In this document: positions 9,594 to 19,618 of the stretch, in pieces | Position numbering within the stretch: the stretch's first letter is position 1 | How the letters are laid out: every line of letters begins with the position of its first letter | From: Marinilabilia sp. | Lineage (GTDB): Bacteria; Bacteroidota; Bacteroidia; Bacteroidales; Marinilabiliaceae | Assembly: GCA_041642395.1 (NCBI GenBank) | Contig: JBEPWN010000003.1 | Location: 1-41,840, forward strand | Reading direction: 5' to 3' | Length of the DNA stretch: 41,840 nt | Notes under the pieces: generated by a model | What the model saw: only the letters and a program-made list of their open reading frames with translations | What the model was told of the DNA's origin: nothing | The model's database searches: none | Made by a program: the position numbers and the translations under genes

Positions 9594-11717
9594 CTATTTT
9601 CTCTCGGGACGGGGAAGCAACACCTTACGAGAAAGTTTGAGTTTCCCTGATCGTTGGTCCACTTCAATCAACTTAACTTCAACCTCTTCTCCTTCTTTAA
9701 GGACATCTTCGACTTTTTCGAGACGATGCCATTCAATTTCAGAGATATGAAGCAGTCCGTCTTTACCCGGAAGAATTTCAATAAAGGCACCAAAAGGAAC
9801 GATCGATTTCACTTTTCCGGTGTAAATAGTTCCTACTTCAGGAACCGCAACTATGGCTTTAATTCTGGCAAGAGCTTTATCAATGGCTTCTTTACTGCTT
9901 GCAGCAATATCGACAATACCATTGTTTTCATCCTCGTTGATTACCAGAGTTGCCCCTGTTTCAGCCTGAATTTCCTGAATGATTTTTCCGCCTGGCCCGA
10001 TCACTGCACCAATCATTTCCTTAGGAATCCTGATGGTAATGATACGTGGTGCATGGGGTTTATAATCTTCACGCGGTTCACTGATGACTTCGGCAATTTT
10101 TTCCAGAATATGCAGACGTCCTACCCGAGCCTGTGCAAGTGCTTTTTCCAACACTTCATACGAGAGACCTTCTACTTTGATGTCCATCTGTGTGGCAGTA
10201 ATTCCGTCTTTGGTACCAGTGACTTTAAAGTCCATATCTCCCAAGTGATCTTCGTCACCCAGAATATCTGAAAGCACCACATATTTATCACTGTCTTTGT
10301 CACTGATCAACCCCATTGCAATACCGGAAACAGGTTTCTTGAACGGAATACCCGCATCCATAAGTGCCATTGTTCCGGCACAAACAGTAGCCATTGAAGA
10401 TGAGCCATTAGATTCCAGAATATCAGAAACAACACGGATAACATAAGGTGTTTCATCCGGGAGCATACGCTTTAAAGCACGATGGGCGAGATTCCCATGA
10501 CCAACTTCACGTCGACCTACACCCCGGTAAGGTTTGGCATCACCGGTAGAAAAAGGCGGGAAATTATAGTGCAACAAGAATCTGTCATATCCTCTGAACA
10601 AGACGTCATCCACGAGTTTCTCATCCATTTTGGAACCAAGGGTAACAGTAGTCATGGATTGTGTTTCTCCCCGTGTAAAAATAGCTGAACCATGTGGTCC
10701 AGGAATACAATCCACTTCACCCCAGATGGGCCGAATTTCATCCATGGCCCGGCCATCAAGACGAACATTCTCGTCAAGCATCACCCGGCGAACGGCACCC
10801 TTTTCCACATCGTGGTAATATTTTTTGATCAGACCAGTGGGAATTTCATCCTCTTCGGCATTGTAATTATTCTCAATAAACTGATCAACAATTGCAGAAA
10901 ATCCGTCCAGACGCTCATGCTTATTTGGATTGCCGGCACGGGCAACTTCACATGCTTTTTCAAAAGTAGCATCCCAAACTTTTTTCCGCAAATCCTCGTC
11001 ATTGCTTTCATGCGAATATTCACGCTTGGTAACTTTGACCATTTCAGCCAATTCAATCTGGGCAACACATTGTACCTTAATGGCTTCGTGGGCAAATTTC
11101 ATGGCATCCAGAAGCTCTGCTTCAGAAACCTCAGACATTTCACCTTCCACCATCATAATATTATCCATTGAAGCAGCCACCATGATTTCAAGGTCGGCCT
11201 CCTTCAGTTCAGAGGCAGAAGGATTAACTTTCAATTGTCCATTGATGCGTGCTACTCTTACTTCAGAAATTGGTCCTGCGAAGGGTATGTCAGAAACACA
11301 CAATGCAGCAGATGCAGCCAGTCCGGCCAATGAATCAGGAACACTTTCACTGTCAGCTGAAATAAGGCTTACATTTACGAAAGTATCTGCGTGATAATCT
11401 TCGGGGAAAAGGGGCCTCAAAGCCCTGTCAACCAAGCGAGATACAAGTATTTCGAAATCAGACGGACGGCCCTCTCTCTTGAGAAATCCTCCGGGGAAAC
11501 GCCCAATCGCAGAATACTTTTCCTTGTAGTCCACAGAGAGAGGCATGAAATCGACATCGGGTTTTGCTTCTTTAGCAGAAACCACTGTTGCGAGCAAATA
11601 GGTATTGCCCATACGAACAACTACCGATCCGTCGGCCTGTTTGGCTAACTTTCCAGTTTCAATTACAATTGACCTTCCGTCTCCGAGGTCAATACTTTTT
11701 TCAATCGGCTTAATCAT
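9594..11717 (-). CDS. pnp: Polyribonucleotide nucleotidyltransferase
   Basis: [11 protein letters not shown], two RNase PH domains ([27 protein letters not shown]), KH motif IGPGGK and an S1 domain. Confidence 0.98.
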   Translation of the reverse strand: MIKPIEKSIDLGDGRSIVIETGKLAKQADGSVVVRMGNTYLLATVVSAKEAKPDVDFMPLSVDYKEKYSAIGRFPGGFLKREGRPSDFEILVSRLVDRALRPLFPEDYHADTFVNVSLISADSESVPDSLAGLAASAALCVSDIPFAGPISEVRVARINGQLKVNPSASELKEADLEIMVAASMDNIMMVEGEMSEVSEAELLDAMKFAHEAIKVQCVAQIELAEMVKVTKREYSHESNDEDLRKKVWDATFEKACEVARAGNPNKHERLDGFSAIVDQFIENNYNAEEDEIPTGLIKKYYHDVEKGAVRRVMLDENVRLDGRAMDEIRPIWGEVDCIPGPHGSAIFTRGETQSMTTVTLGSKMDEKLVDDVLFRGYDRFLLHYNFPPFSTGDAKPYRGVGRREVGHGNLAHRALKRMLPDETPYVIRVVSDILESNGSSSMATVCAGTMALMDAGIPFKKPVSGIAMGLISDKDSDKYVVLSDILGDEDHLGDMDFKVTGTKDGITATQMDIKVEGLSYEVLEKALAQARVGRLHILEKIAEVISEPREDYKPHAPRIITIRIPKEMIGAVIGPGGKIIQEIQAETGATLVINEDENNGIVDIAASSKEAIDKALARIKAIVAVPEVGTIYTGKVKSIVPFGAFIEILPGKDGLLHISEIEWHRLEKVEDVLKEGEEVEVKLIEVDQRSGKLKLSRKVLLPRPERK

Positions 11718-11858
11718 AAATAAATCTCTATTTTTCTTATATTCTCTTAGTCAACCCCAAAGATAGATAATATCTGCAATTCGGGTGTCACAATAATCGC
11801 TTTTTTTTCAAAAACCATCACTTCCCCACCTCAATATGTCATCCGGGCCATAAAAACA

Positions 11859-11887
11859 AAAGGCAATTCCCGGGGAGAATTGCCTTT
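11859..11887 (-). terminator. rpsO terminator
   Basis: aaaggcaattc-N7-gaattgccttt stem with a T-rich tail on the minus strand. Confidence 0.7.
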
Positions 11888-11908
11888 CCATTAATATCAT
11901 TATTTGAC

Positions 11909-12178
11909 TTACTTACGAATACCCAGATCTTTGATAAGACTACGATATTTTTCAATATCCTTGGCTTTTAAATAGTCGAGTAAACTGCGACGTTTACCTA
12001 CCATTTTCTTCAAAGAATATTCAGTACTGAAGTCTTTCTTATTAACCTTCAGGTGTTCAGTCAAATATGCGATACGGTTGGTAAATAATGCTATCTGGCT
12101 TTCAGATGAACCAGTGTCAGTATTCGACTTCCCGTATTTCGCAAAAATCTCTTGTGTTTCTTCTTTTGTCAGATGCAT
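11909..12178 (-). CDS. rpsO: 30S ribosomal protein S15
   Basis: DTGSSESQIALFT, MVGKRRSLLDYL; conserved rpsO-pnp order. Confidence 0.98.
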   Translation of the reverse strand: MHLTKEETQEIFAKYGKSNTDTGSSESQIALFTNRIAYLTEHLKVNKKDFSTEYSLKKMVGKRRSLLDYLKAKDIEKYRSLIKDLGIRK

Positions 12179-12216
12179 AAGACCTTAATAAATATATGGT
12201 TTCACAATTCAGGTTG

Positions 12217-12248
12217 CAAAGGTAAATAATAATTTAGCATTTCGCAAA
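12217..12248 (-). promoter_or_regulatory. Bacteroidota housekeeping promoter (-33/-7) of rpsO
   Basis: Minus strand reads TTTG-N20-TACCTTTG, matching the TTTG / TAnnTTTG consensus. Confidence 0.8.
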
Positions 12249-12293
12249 CCCTTCACCGGGCAAAAATCCGGTTTTATGCCTGAGACAAAGATT

Positions 12294-12899
12294 CTAATAC
12301 CCACGTTCATTCGAAAGTTGTTCCATCTCTTCTTCAAATATTTCCTGAAATTTCTGCTTATCATAGTCAACTTGCAACTTTTCATCATTGGAAATACGGC
12401 GATCTATACCATTTAGAACATCATCGCGATGGACTTCAATGGCTATAAAACCATGATATTTTCCATTATCCATGACACTTGCCTTTTCGCAAGCAACTAC
12501 AATATTGCTAATGGTTTCATCAGCAACTTCACGGGTCATATTTTCAAATTTCTGCTCAAATTCTGAAGCATCACCAAATTCACGCTCATTCACATAGCGA
12601 TCTGTAACCGACTTGGTATTCGAATTGATAAGCGTTACCAAGCGTTGCTTGGCAAGAAGCAGAGCTTTTTCTTTGGACAGGCTCAGGTCTGCACTGGTGG
12701 ACATGGCGCTGGCCCTGAAAAAATTCTTATCGGAACGACCCTTACTTTCACAGGGTAATTCTTCAATAATATCTCCAATTTCACTTTTGGCAGATACTTT
12801 CTGTTTTGATTTACAACTCGAAATGCCGGCGATCATCACCACAGAAATGGCAGCAATAAGTAAATAATTTAACTTCATAACTTTGATTTTTTGAAACAT
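12294..12899 (-). CDS. Lipoprotein, LPP20-like
   Basis: Signal peptide with lipobox ISSC; FRASAMS..D..LSKEKALLLAKQRL helix pattern resembles LPP20-type proteins. The start may be the second ATG at 12878. Confidence 0.65.
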   Translation of the reverse strand: MFQKIKVMKLNYLLIAAISVVMIAGISSCKSKQKVSAKSEIGDIIEELPCESKGRSDKNFFRASAMSTSADLSLSKEKALLLAKQRLVTLINSNTKSVTDRYVNEREFGDASEFEQKFENMTREVADETISNIVVACEKASVMDNGKYHGFIAIEVHRDDVLNGIDRRISNDEKLQVDYDKQKFQEIFEEEMEQLSNERGY

Positions 12900-12954
12900 T
12901 GATATTTATTATTTTTTAACACAAAAAAACATATCAAAAAACGAACCATTTTTT

Positions 12955-14247
12955 TCATTCCTGAAAATTATGAGACACAATTCTATGTCCAATATGGCAG
13001 GAAAGGCATTTCCGGTGATCACAATAAGTCCTTTTCAGAAACACCAGTCCCTGACTGTCGGCAGCAGAAACTGCATTCACATTAATCTGCGGTCGTGCCC
13101 ATCCGCTGACAATATTATTTTTTTCCACAGGCAACCCGGAAAGCCATTCGAGGGCTTTATTTTGAAGTTCCGGCTGTCCGCGCAACTTTCCATATGCGAA
13201 AATGAGTGGAATGACGGTATTGATAATGATCAGATCAACAGCTTGTTTTCCCAGTTTTTTCGATTTTGACTCTCCGCTCCCTGTAACGCAAGGCCGGTAA
13301 TGTGTGTTCCAGTATGGTAATGGCTGTATCTTCAGTAATTCACGCACCCTGTTCAGATTTTCACAATGCAGCAAAGCATCAAATAATTTATTGTTTTTGG
13401 CAATAAGTGCTGCAAGCTGTACCAGCCGAACAGTAGGAAAATTCACCGGACGCAGGCGTAGAAACTTCCACAAATGCACCGGTAATGGCTCAAGACTGTA
13501 TTTTTGTTTTAATATGACATACTCCCTGTTTAACAAAGCCATATAATCATCGTCATATATCAGTCCATCAAGAAAACCAGCCTGTCCCAGGAATAATGCT
13601 TCCAACCTTTCGGCATCTGTAGCGTTACGGCCTACAATTTTCCAGGGGGTTTGTCGCGCAAGTCTTTCAAATGGCTCCCCATTTAATCCAAAACCGAAGT
13701 TACGAGCCAAAACAATATAAAAAACCTCCTGCCAGTCATTACGGTAAGAAGCCAGTAATGTTTCGATGCTGCTTACTTTTCTCTCTAACTTTTCAACAAG
13801 CATGCGCTCAATCCAGTTTCTGATCAGAAAACCAGGTACACGGTTGATCTGACCCTCACATGCAATCCATCCTTTATGTCTGCTCAGAGAATAATACTTT
13901 TGTTGAATCTGTTGAGACACGTCCATTTTCCATGCAGGAATGAGACGACCGGTTGTAGAATAAACTCTTTCATCATCGTCAAAAACAACATGGAGAATCA
14001 CATTGTCATAGAGGCGATCGGTATGATGATTGTGCCTTTTCCAGTCAGATGCTTTGATGTGAATTTCGACATTACCGGCCCACAAAATACCATCCAACTT
14101 GATTTTGGCATTAAAAAAGTCAGGACCTGCGTCGGAATTAAGCAAACCCGGATCGACCACCTCCATCAATTTATTGTTGGAAGTGAAAAACATTCCCGGT
14201 TTATAAAGCTTGTGTTGCCAAAGGAAATGCAAAAAATTTTCGCTCAT
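12955..14247 (-). CDS. DUF2851 family protein
   Basis: MSENFLHFLWQ, GPDFFNAKI, GNVEIH, ILHVV, FLRLRPVNFPTVRL and C-terminal CxxxxCxxCxIG. Confidence 0.9.
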   Translation of the reverse strand: MSENFLHFLWQHKLYKPGMFFTSNNKLMEVVDPGLLNSDAGPDFFNAKIKLDGILWAGNVEIHIKASDWKRHNHHTDRLYDNVILHVVFDDDERVYSTTGRLIPAWKMDVSQQIQQKYYSLSRHKGWIACEGQINRVPGFLIRNWIERMLVEKLERKVSSIETLLASYRNDWQEVFYIVLARNFGFGLNGEPFERLARQTPWKIVGRNATDAERLEALFLGQAGFLDGLIYDDDYMALLNREYVILKQKYSLEPLPVHLWKFLRLRPVNFPTVRLVQLAALIAKNNKLFDALLHCENLNRVRELLKIQPLPYWNTHYRPCVTGSGESKSKKLGKQAVDLIIINTVIPLIFAYGKLRGQPELQNKALEWLSGLPVEKNNIVSGWARPQINVNAVSAADSQGLVFLKRTYCDHRKCLSCHIGHRIVSHNFQE

Positions 14248-14393
14248 GATACAGATTATTTTCCTGTAACCCCAGAGCTGTGTTTATCATACATAAGGGT
14301 TACAATAAATAAAAATTTACTGCACTCCCAGCCATTGTGTAATGATGCAACTTACAAAAAAATTCTTAAACCAACTGCATTCCCATCAGAATA

Positions 14394-15221
14394 TCAGATC
14401 AATCCGGCTTCTGCCAGCAAACCCGACATTTCCTGTTGAACATCCATTGCAGCAACGCGAGCTTTTGTCATAAAATCCTGATCGTGTCCGGCGAAAATAA
14501 TTCCCCGTGAGGAGTTAACCAATAATCCGCATTTATCGTTCATGCTGTTCCGGGCCACCTCAGCCAGGCTTCCGCCCTGTGCTCCGACCCCCGGTACCAG
14601 AAGAAAATGATCCGGAGCCATCTTCCGAATGTCTTTCAACATGTCAGCACGGGTTGCACCAACCACATACATCATATTTTCAGTGTCCCCCCATTTTTGA
14701 GAAGTTTTTATCACTTTCTCAAAGAGTCTTTCCTTTCCGTCATTCATATACTGAAAATCATTGGCCCCTTCGTTTGAAGTAAGTGCCAACAAAATAACCC
14801 ACCGGCCCACATAAGTCAGAAAAGGTTTTACAGAATCTTCCCCCATGTATGGTGCAACAGTGACAGCATCGAAATCCATAGCATCAAAAAAGGTGCGTGC
14901 ATACATATAGGATGTATTTCCAATATCGCCTCGCTTGGCATCAGCAATCAAAAACACATCGGGATAATTATAACGAATATAGTTAACCGTCTTTTCAAGC
15001 GTATTCCAACCACTCACACCCATGCTTTCATAAAAGGCCAGGTTGGGCTTATATGCAACAGCCAAATCATGCGTTGCATCAATAATTTCTTTATTAAAAG
15101 CAAAAACCGGATCGGTGGTATCCAAAAGGTGTCGCGGTATTTTATTGATATCACTGTCGAGTCCTACACAAAGAAAACTTTTCTTCTTTTTAATTTGCTC
15201 AAAAATTTCCTGACTGGTCAT
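14394..15221 (-). CDS. pyrF: Orotidine-5'-phosphate decarboxylase
   Basis: [39 protein letters not shown]. Confidence 0.97.
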   Translation of the reverse strand: MTSQEIFEQIKKKKSFLCVGLDSDINKIPRHLLDTTDPVFAFNKEIIDATHDLAVAYKPNLAFYESMGVSGWNTLEKTVNYIRYNYPDVFLIADAKRGDIGNTSYMYARTFFDAMDFDAVTVAPYMGEDSVKPFLTYVGRWVILLALTSNEGANDFQYMNDGKERLFEKVIKTSQKWGDTENMMYVVGATRADMLKDIRKMAPDHFLLVPGVGAQGGSLAEVARNSMNDKCGLLVNSSRGIIFAGHDQDFMTKARVAAMDVQQEMSGLLAEAGLI

Positions 15222-15270
15222 GGTTGTTATTTTTTGATTGGAAAGAGACGCAAAATATTGCGTCTTTACA

Positions 15271-16359
15271 TTAAAGTTCGCTGGCCTTTAGCCGTTCTGC
15301 ATTTTCCTCTATCTGAAGTTTATCGATAATGCTGCTGATATCTCCTTCCAGAACAGATGGAAGGTTGTGAATAGTATAGTTGATGCGATGATCGGTTACC
15401 CGTCCCTGGGGATAATTGTAAGTGCGGATTTTAGCCGACCTGTCGCCGGTTGACACCATGGTTTTCCGTTTCGATGTGATTTCATCCAAAAACTTCTGGT
15501 ACTCCAGGTTATAAATGCGGGTACGTAATTCTGTCATGGCTTTATCCAGGTTTTTGATCTGTGATTTCTGATCCTGACAGGTCACCACTATTCCTGTGGG
15601 AATATGAGTAAGACGGATGGCTGAATACGTAGTGTTTACTGATTGCCCTCCGGGGCCTGATGAACAGTAGGTGTCTTTTCGGATATCCTCTTGTCTCAGG
15701 TCAATGTCAAACTCTTCAGCCTCAGGCAAAACTGCCACCGATGCGGCAGAAGTATGAACACGTCCCTGTGTCTCTGTCTGTGGCACACGCTGAACCCGAT
15801 GTACTCCCGACTCATATTTCAGGATTCCGTAAACATCTTTTCCGGTCACCTTCATAACAATTTCCTTGTAGCCACCTGCGGTTCCTTCAGAGAGATGAGT
15901 CACTTCGGTCTTCCATCCTTTACTTTCACAAAATTTGAGGTACATGCGAAATAAATCACCGGCAAAAATACTGGCCTCGTCACCACCTGCACCAGCCCTG
16001 ATCTCCATCACCGCATTTTTCGAGTCTTCGGGATCACCGGGCAAAAGCAGCATTTTTATCTCTTCTTCCAGTTTAGGTTTAGCTTCTTCGAGTTCTTCAA
16101 GCTCATCACGGGCCATAGCACGCATTTCGTCATCGTCCTCCTCTTTCATCATCTTTCGCGACGATTCTATGTTTTCTATCAGATTCTTATATCTGTTACC
16201 GACTTCCACAATATCTTCCAGTTCGCGATATTCTTTATTAAGCTTCACGAAACGTTTCTGATCACTTATAATACCGGGATCAGTCAACATCTGTCCTATT
16301 TCTTCGAATCTTAATCGCAGTGATTCGAGTTTTTCCAGTAATGAATTATCTTGTGTCAT
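15271..16359 (-). CDS. prfA: Peptide chain release factor 1
   Basis: [23 protein letters not shown] (PxT motif), GGQ, RTYNYPQ. Confidence 0.98.
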   Translation of the reverse strand: MTQDNSLLEKLESLRLRFEEIGQMLTDPGIISDQKRFVKLNKEYRELEDIVEVGNRYKNLIENIESSRKMMKEEDDDEMRAMARDELEELEEAKPKLEEEIKMLLLPGDPEDSKNAVMEIRAGAGGDEASIFAGDLFRMYLKFCESKGWKTEVTHLSEGTAGGYKEIVMKVTGKDVYGILKYESGVHRVQRVPQTETQGRVHTSAASVAVLPEAEEFDIDLRQEDIRKDTYCSSGPGGQSVNTTYSAIRLTHIPTGIVVTCQDQKSQIKNLDKAMTELRTRIYNLEYQKFLDEITSKRKTMVSTGDRSAKIRTYNYPQGRVTDHRINYTIHNLPSVLEGDISSIIDKLQIEENAERLKASEL

Positions 16360-16654
16360 ATATAGTCTTGTTACATTTTTAAACCTGGCACTTTACTGCC
16401 CGGCTAAACTATCACTAATGCCTGACATCAGTGAATTTATTATTAGGCCAAACTGAACGATTCTGCATCCCGATTTTTATCGGGAATTTAGAAAAAGTAG
16501 GGCTTTCACAAAAAAGATTGTAAAGTCCCGAAGTTTGGGGACTAAAACCCGTATTGCTCAACTTAGATAAAATATAAAAAGACCTGAATACAGATGGCCG
16601 GTGTAAACAAAAGCTACGGCTGATTCTGCAACAGGCCAAAATACGGGAGCGCAC

Positions 16655-17827
16655 CTAATAATGAAAGGTTCCTTTTTCTCCTTTAATGGTAAGTTTGTTT
16701 CCTTCGGGCGAGGACTTACAATGCCCTACTACTTTTGCTTCTACTCCTAATGATTCGGCTATCTCAATTATTGATTGAGCCCATTCGGGTTTCACATAAA
16801 ATTCAAACCGGTGTCCCATATTGAAAACTTTATACATTTCCTGCCATGGAGTTTGTGATGTTTCCTGAATAATCCGAAACAACTCAGGAACAGGAAACAT
16901 ATTGTCTTTGATCACATGCATATTATCCACAAAATTCATCACCTTGGTCTGGGCGCCCCCTGAGCAATGAACCATTCCATGAATATGCTGCCGCAATTGC
17001 TCCAAAACCTTTTTCACTACAGGAGCATAAGTGCGCGTGGGTGACAATACCATTTTCCCGGCATCAATCCCAAGTGAATCAATGGTATCAGTCAATTTAT
17101 ATTTGCCCTGATAAACCAGATCTTCGGGTATTTCAGGATCGTAACTTTCCGGGTATTTTTCAGCAAGATAATGAGCAAATACATCGTGACGCGCAGATGT
17201 CAATCCATTGCTGCCCATGCCGGCATTAATAAAATCTTCATAATTGGCCTGTCCGGCGGAAGACAATCCGACGATAACATCTCCATCCTGAATAAGATGG
17301 TTTGAAATGATATCGCTTCGCTTCATCCTTGCTGTAACAGTGGAATCCACAATGATCGTACGCACCAGATCTCCCACATCAGCTGTTTCGCCACCAGTGC
17401 TGTAAACCGAAATATTCTGATCCCGCAAACCAGCCAGCAGCTCTTCTGTCCCATTAATAATGGCGGATATCACTTCACCCGGAATGTGATTCTTATTTCT
17501 TCCAATGGTAGAAGATATCAATATATTATCGGTAGCTCCAACGCAAAGCAAATCATCCAGATTCATAACCAGTGCATCCTGTGCAATGCCTTTCCATACA
17601 GATAAGTCACCGGTTTCACGCCAATAGAGATAAGCCAGTGATGATTTCGTCCCTGCACCATCGGCATGCATAATATTACACCATTCTGGATCACCGCTAA
17701 GATAATCGGGCACAATTTTGCAAAAAGCTTTGGGGAAAATTCCTTTGTCCACATTCTCGATGGCCTTATGTACATCCTCTTTAGATGCCGAAACGCCCCG
17801 CTGATTATATCTCATGTCTTTTTGCAC
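16655..17827 (-). CDS. purM: AIR synthase (phosphoribosylformylglycinamidine cyclo-ligase), Bacteroidota type
   Basis: YNQRGVS, HADGAGTKS, GGETAD, SNGLT, HCSGG, VFNMG; GTG start. Confidence 0.9.
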   Translation of the reverse strand: MQKDMRYNQRGVSASKEDVHKAIENVDKGIFPKAFCKIVPDYLSGDPEWCNIMHADGAGTKSSLAYLYWRETGDLSVWKGIAQDALVMNLDDLLCVGATDNILISSTIGRNKNHIPGEVISAIINGTEELLAGLRDQNISVYSTGGETADVGDLVRTIIVDSTVTARMKRSDIISNHLIQDGDVIVGLSSAGQANYEDFINAGMGSNGLTSARHDVFAHYLAEKYPESYDPEIPEDLVYQGKYKLTDTIDSLGIDAGKMVLSPTRTYAPVVKKVLEQLRQHIHGMVHCSGGAQTKVMNFVDNMHVIKDNMFPVPELFRIIQETSQTPWQEMYKVFNMGHRFEFYVKPEWAQSIIEIAESLGVEAKVVGHCKSSPEGNKLTIKGEKGTFHY

Positions 17828-17905
17828 TTAAAGTGTTTTTTGAGTGAAACAAAATATATTGCAAAAATACACAAACTTTTGAGGGGATAAAAAGGAAACT
17901 GAAAA

Positions 17906-19456
17906 TCATTCTGAATCAAGTTCTTTTAAAACAACACTACGCGCAAATTCTTCACTTTCCTCCATATCATGAGTAGAGAGGTTAGCCTTACCGTTAATAT
18001 ACCCTGAGGCCGAAACCATTACAATATAATCGGCTTCCGGCTCCAATACAAAATAAAACTCCCCTTTTTCAAGGGTCTGAATACTCATATTAACTCCATT
18101 GTTCCCTACAATCCTGACTGTAGCTCCTTCAATGGCCTTTCCCGATGAGTTGGTCACTTTCCCTTTCAACACAGCTTGGATTAACGGCAATTCGAATTCA
18201 TAGATGTCATCGACACCACGATAACTGCTGCGAGAAGATGTAAAAAACCCAATATCCCGATCGCCCCTGAAAGCGATTCCAAAATCATGAGCCGGAGAAT
18301 TGACCGGCAGCCCCATGTTTTTGATCTCCCAATCCTGCTTTTCCTCGTCAAATATGGCTTCAAAAATATCCAATCCCCCATAACCAACAAGTCCGTCGGA
18401 GGAGAAATAGAGTCGTCCGTCGCTTCGCATGTACGGAAACATTTCATCGGCAGATGTATTGATCGTTACTCCCATATTTTGAGGTTCAACCCACTCATCT
18501 CCCGCAGTCCGCCTTGCTTTCCAGATATCTTTACCCCCAAATCCACCAGGCATGTCTGACACAAAAAACAAAGTTTGTCCGTCGGGTGAAACAGCCGGAT
18601 GAGCAAATATAAGGCTATCGGCACCCAGTGGAATTTTATCAGCTTCACCCCAGCGCCCGCCGGCACGCTTTCTTGTCATAATTGAAGCCCCCGATGGACC
18701 TTCATCGGGAAATGTACACCGGGTAAAGTACATTTCTTTCCCATCAGATGAGAATGAAGGCGTTCCATCATCCTGTCCCACTTCCCTGTCACCAACAAAC
18801 GAAACCGGATCTTCCCATCCACCACGCCCATCTTGCAAAGAACTATAAATTACAGAACTTCCCTGTCCTGTAATTGAATTAATTGATCGCTTTTTATCGC
18901 CGCCCCGCATAGAAGAAAAATAAACAGTGGTATAATCATCTCCGGCAAAAGCAGGTGAATAATCACTCTCGCGAGAACGTAAATCTTTTAACATCTCTAC
19001 TTCATAGCGGGTTTCTTTAGGGTCATTGAGAGCCATTTTGCAGGATCGGATTCCATTAAGAGCAGCGGAGTTGCCTACATCATGCTTAAGATATTCCTCA
19101 TAAGATATGATTGCTTCTTCATATTCTTCCCGCATCCGTAACGATTGACCCAAATAAAAATGGGCAACAGGATCAGAGAAACCATATCGTATGGCTCTTT
19201 GAAAATAAGAATAGGCTCTGGACCCCTGTCCTATATTATAATATGAAAGCCCCAGATAAAAAGATGCCTGCCCCCGATAATAGCGGTTCTCAAAATCCAT
19301 TTTACGGAACTTATCCACAGCCTGGTGATATTCCCCAATCTCATATAATTTTACGCCTGAAGCCAATTTTGCTTCAGCGCCACAACCGGCGAACATGACC
19401 CCAAAAACAATGGTCAGAACACTAAAAATCAAAATTTCAGATAATATGCGGGACAT
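17906..19456 (-). CDS. PorE-like lipoprotein (TPR + PD40 propeller + carboxypeptidase-regulatory-like domain), no OmpA_C domain
   Basis: Lipobox FAGC; N-terminal TPRs; PD40 repeats (PSFSSDGKEMYF, PAVSPDGQTLFFVSD, LYFSSDG); LKGKVT...IEGATV; the protein ends directly after this domain. Confidence 0.8.
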   Translation of the reverse strand: MSRILSEILIFSVLTIVFGVMFAGCGAEAKLASGVKLYEIGEYHQAVDKFRKMDFENRYYRGQASFYLGLSYYNIGQGSRAYSYFQRAIRYGFSDPVAHFYLGQSLRMREEYEEAIISYEEYLKHDVGNSAALNGIRSCKMALNDPKETRYEVEMLKDLRSRESDYSPAFAGDDYTTVYFSSMRGGDKKRSINSITGQGSSVIYSSLQDGRGGWEDPVSFVGDREVGQDDGTPSFSSDGKEMYFTRCTFPDEGPSGASIMTRKRAGGRWGEADKIPLGADSLIFAHPAVSPDGQTLFFVSDMPGGFGGKDIWKARRTAGDEWVEPQNMGVTINTSADEMFPYMRSDGRLYFSSDGLVGYGGLDIFEAIFDEEKQDWEIKNMGLPVNSPAHDFGIAFRGDRDIGFFTSSRSSYRGVDDIYEFELPLIQAVLKGKVTNSSGKAIEGATVRIVGNNGVNMSIQTLEKGEFYFVLEPEADYIVMVSASGYINGKANLSTHDMEESEEFARSVVLKELDSE

Positions 19457-19567
19457 AAACAATATTCACATGATTAACCTTAACATATCGGTCAAAATTA
19501 CAATTATTAACCTTAACAAGTAACGAAAAAATCAGTTAAATATTTTCCGCTTATTATGCAAAAAAGA

Positions 19568-19593
19568 ATGCCTGCCGAATAAACGACAGGCAT
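19568..19593 (-). terminator. Probable glnA terminator
   Basis: atgcctg...caggcat stem with a T-run on the minus strand. Confidence 0.55.
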
Positions 19594-19618
19594 CCCGAGT
19601 CAAAACCTCTCCCGTTCG

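Noticed and set aside
16415-16654. 79-aa minus-strand ORF between purM and prfA
   Set aside because: Unprotein-like composition, and it runs through the hairpin repeats; treated as non-coding.
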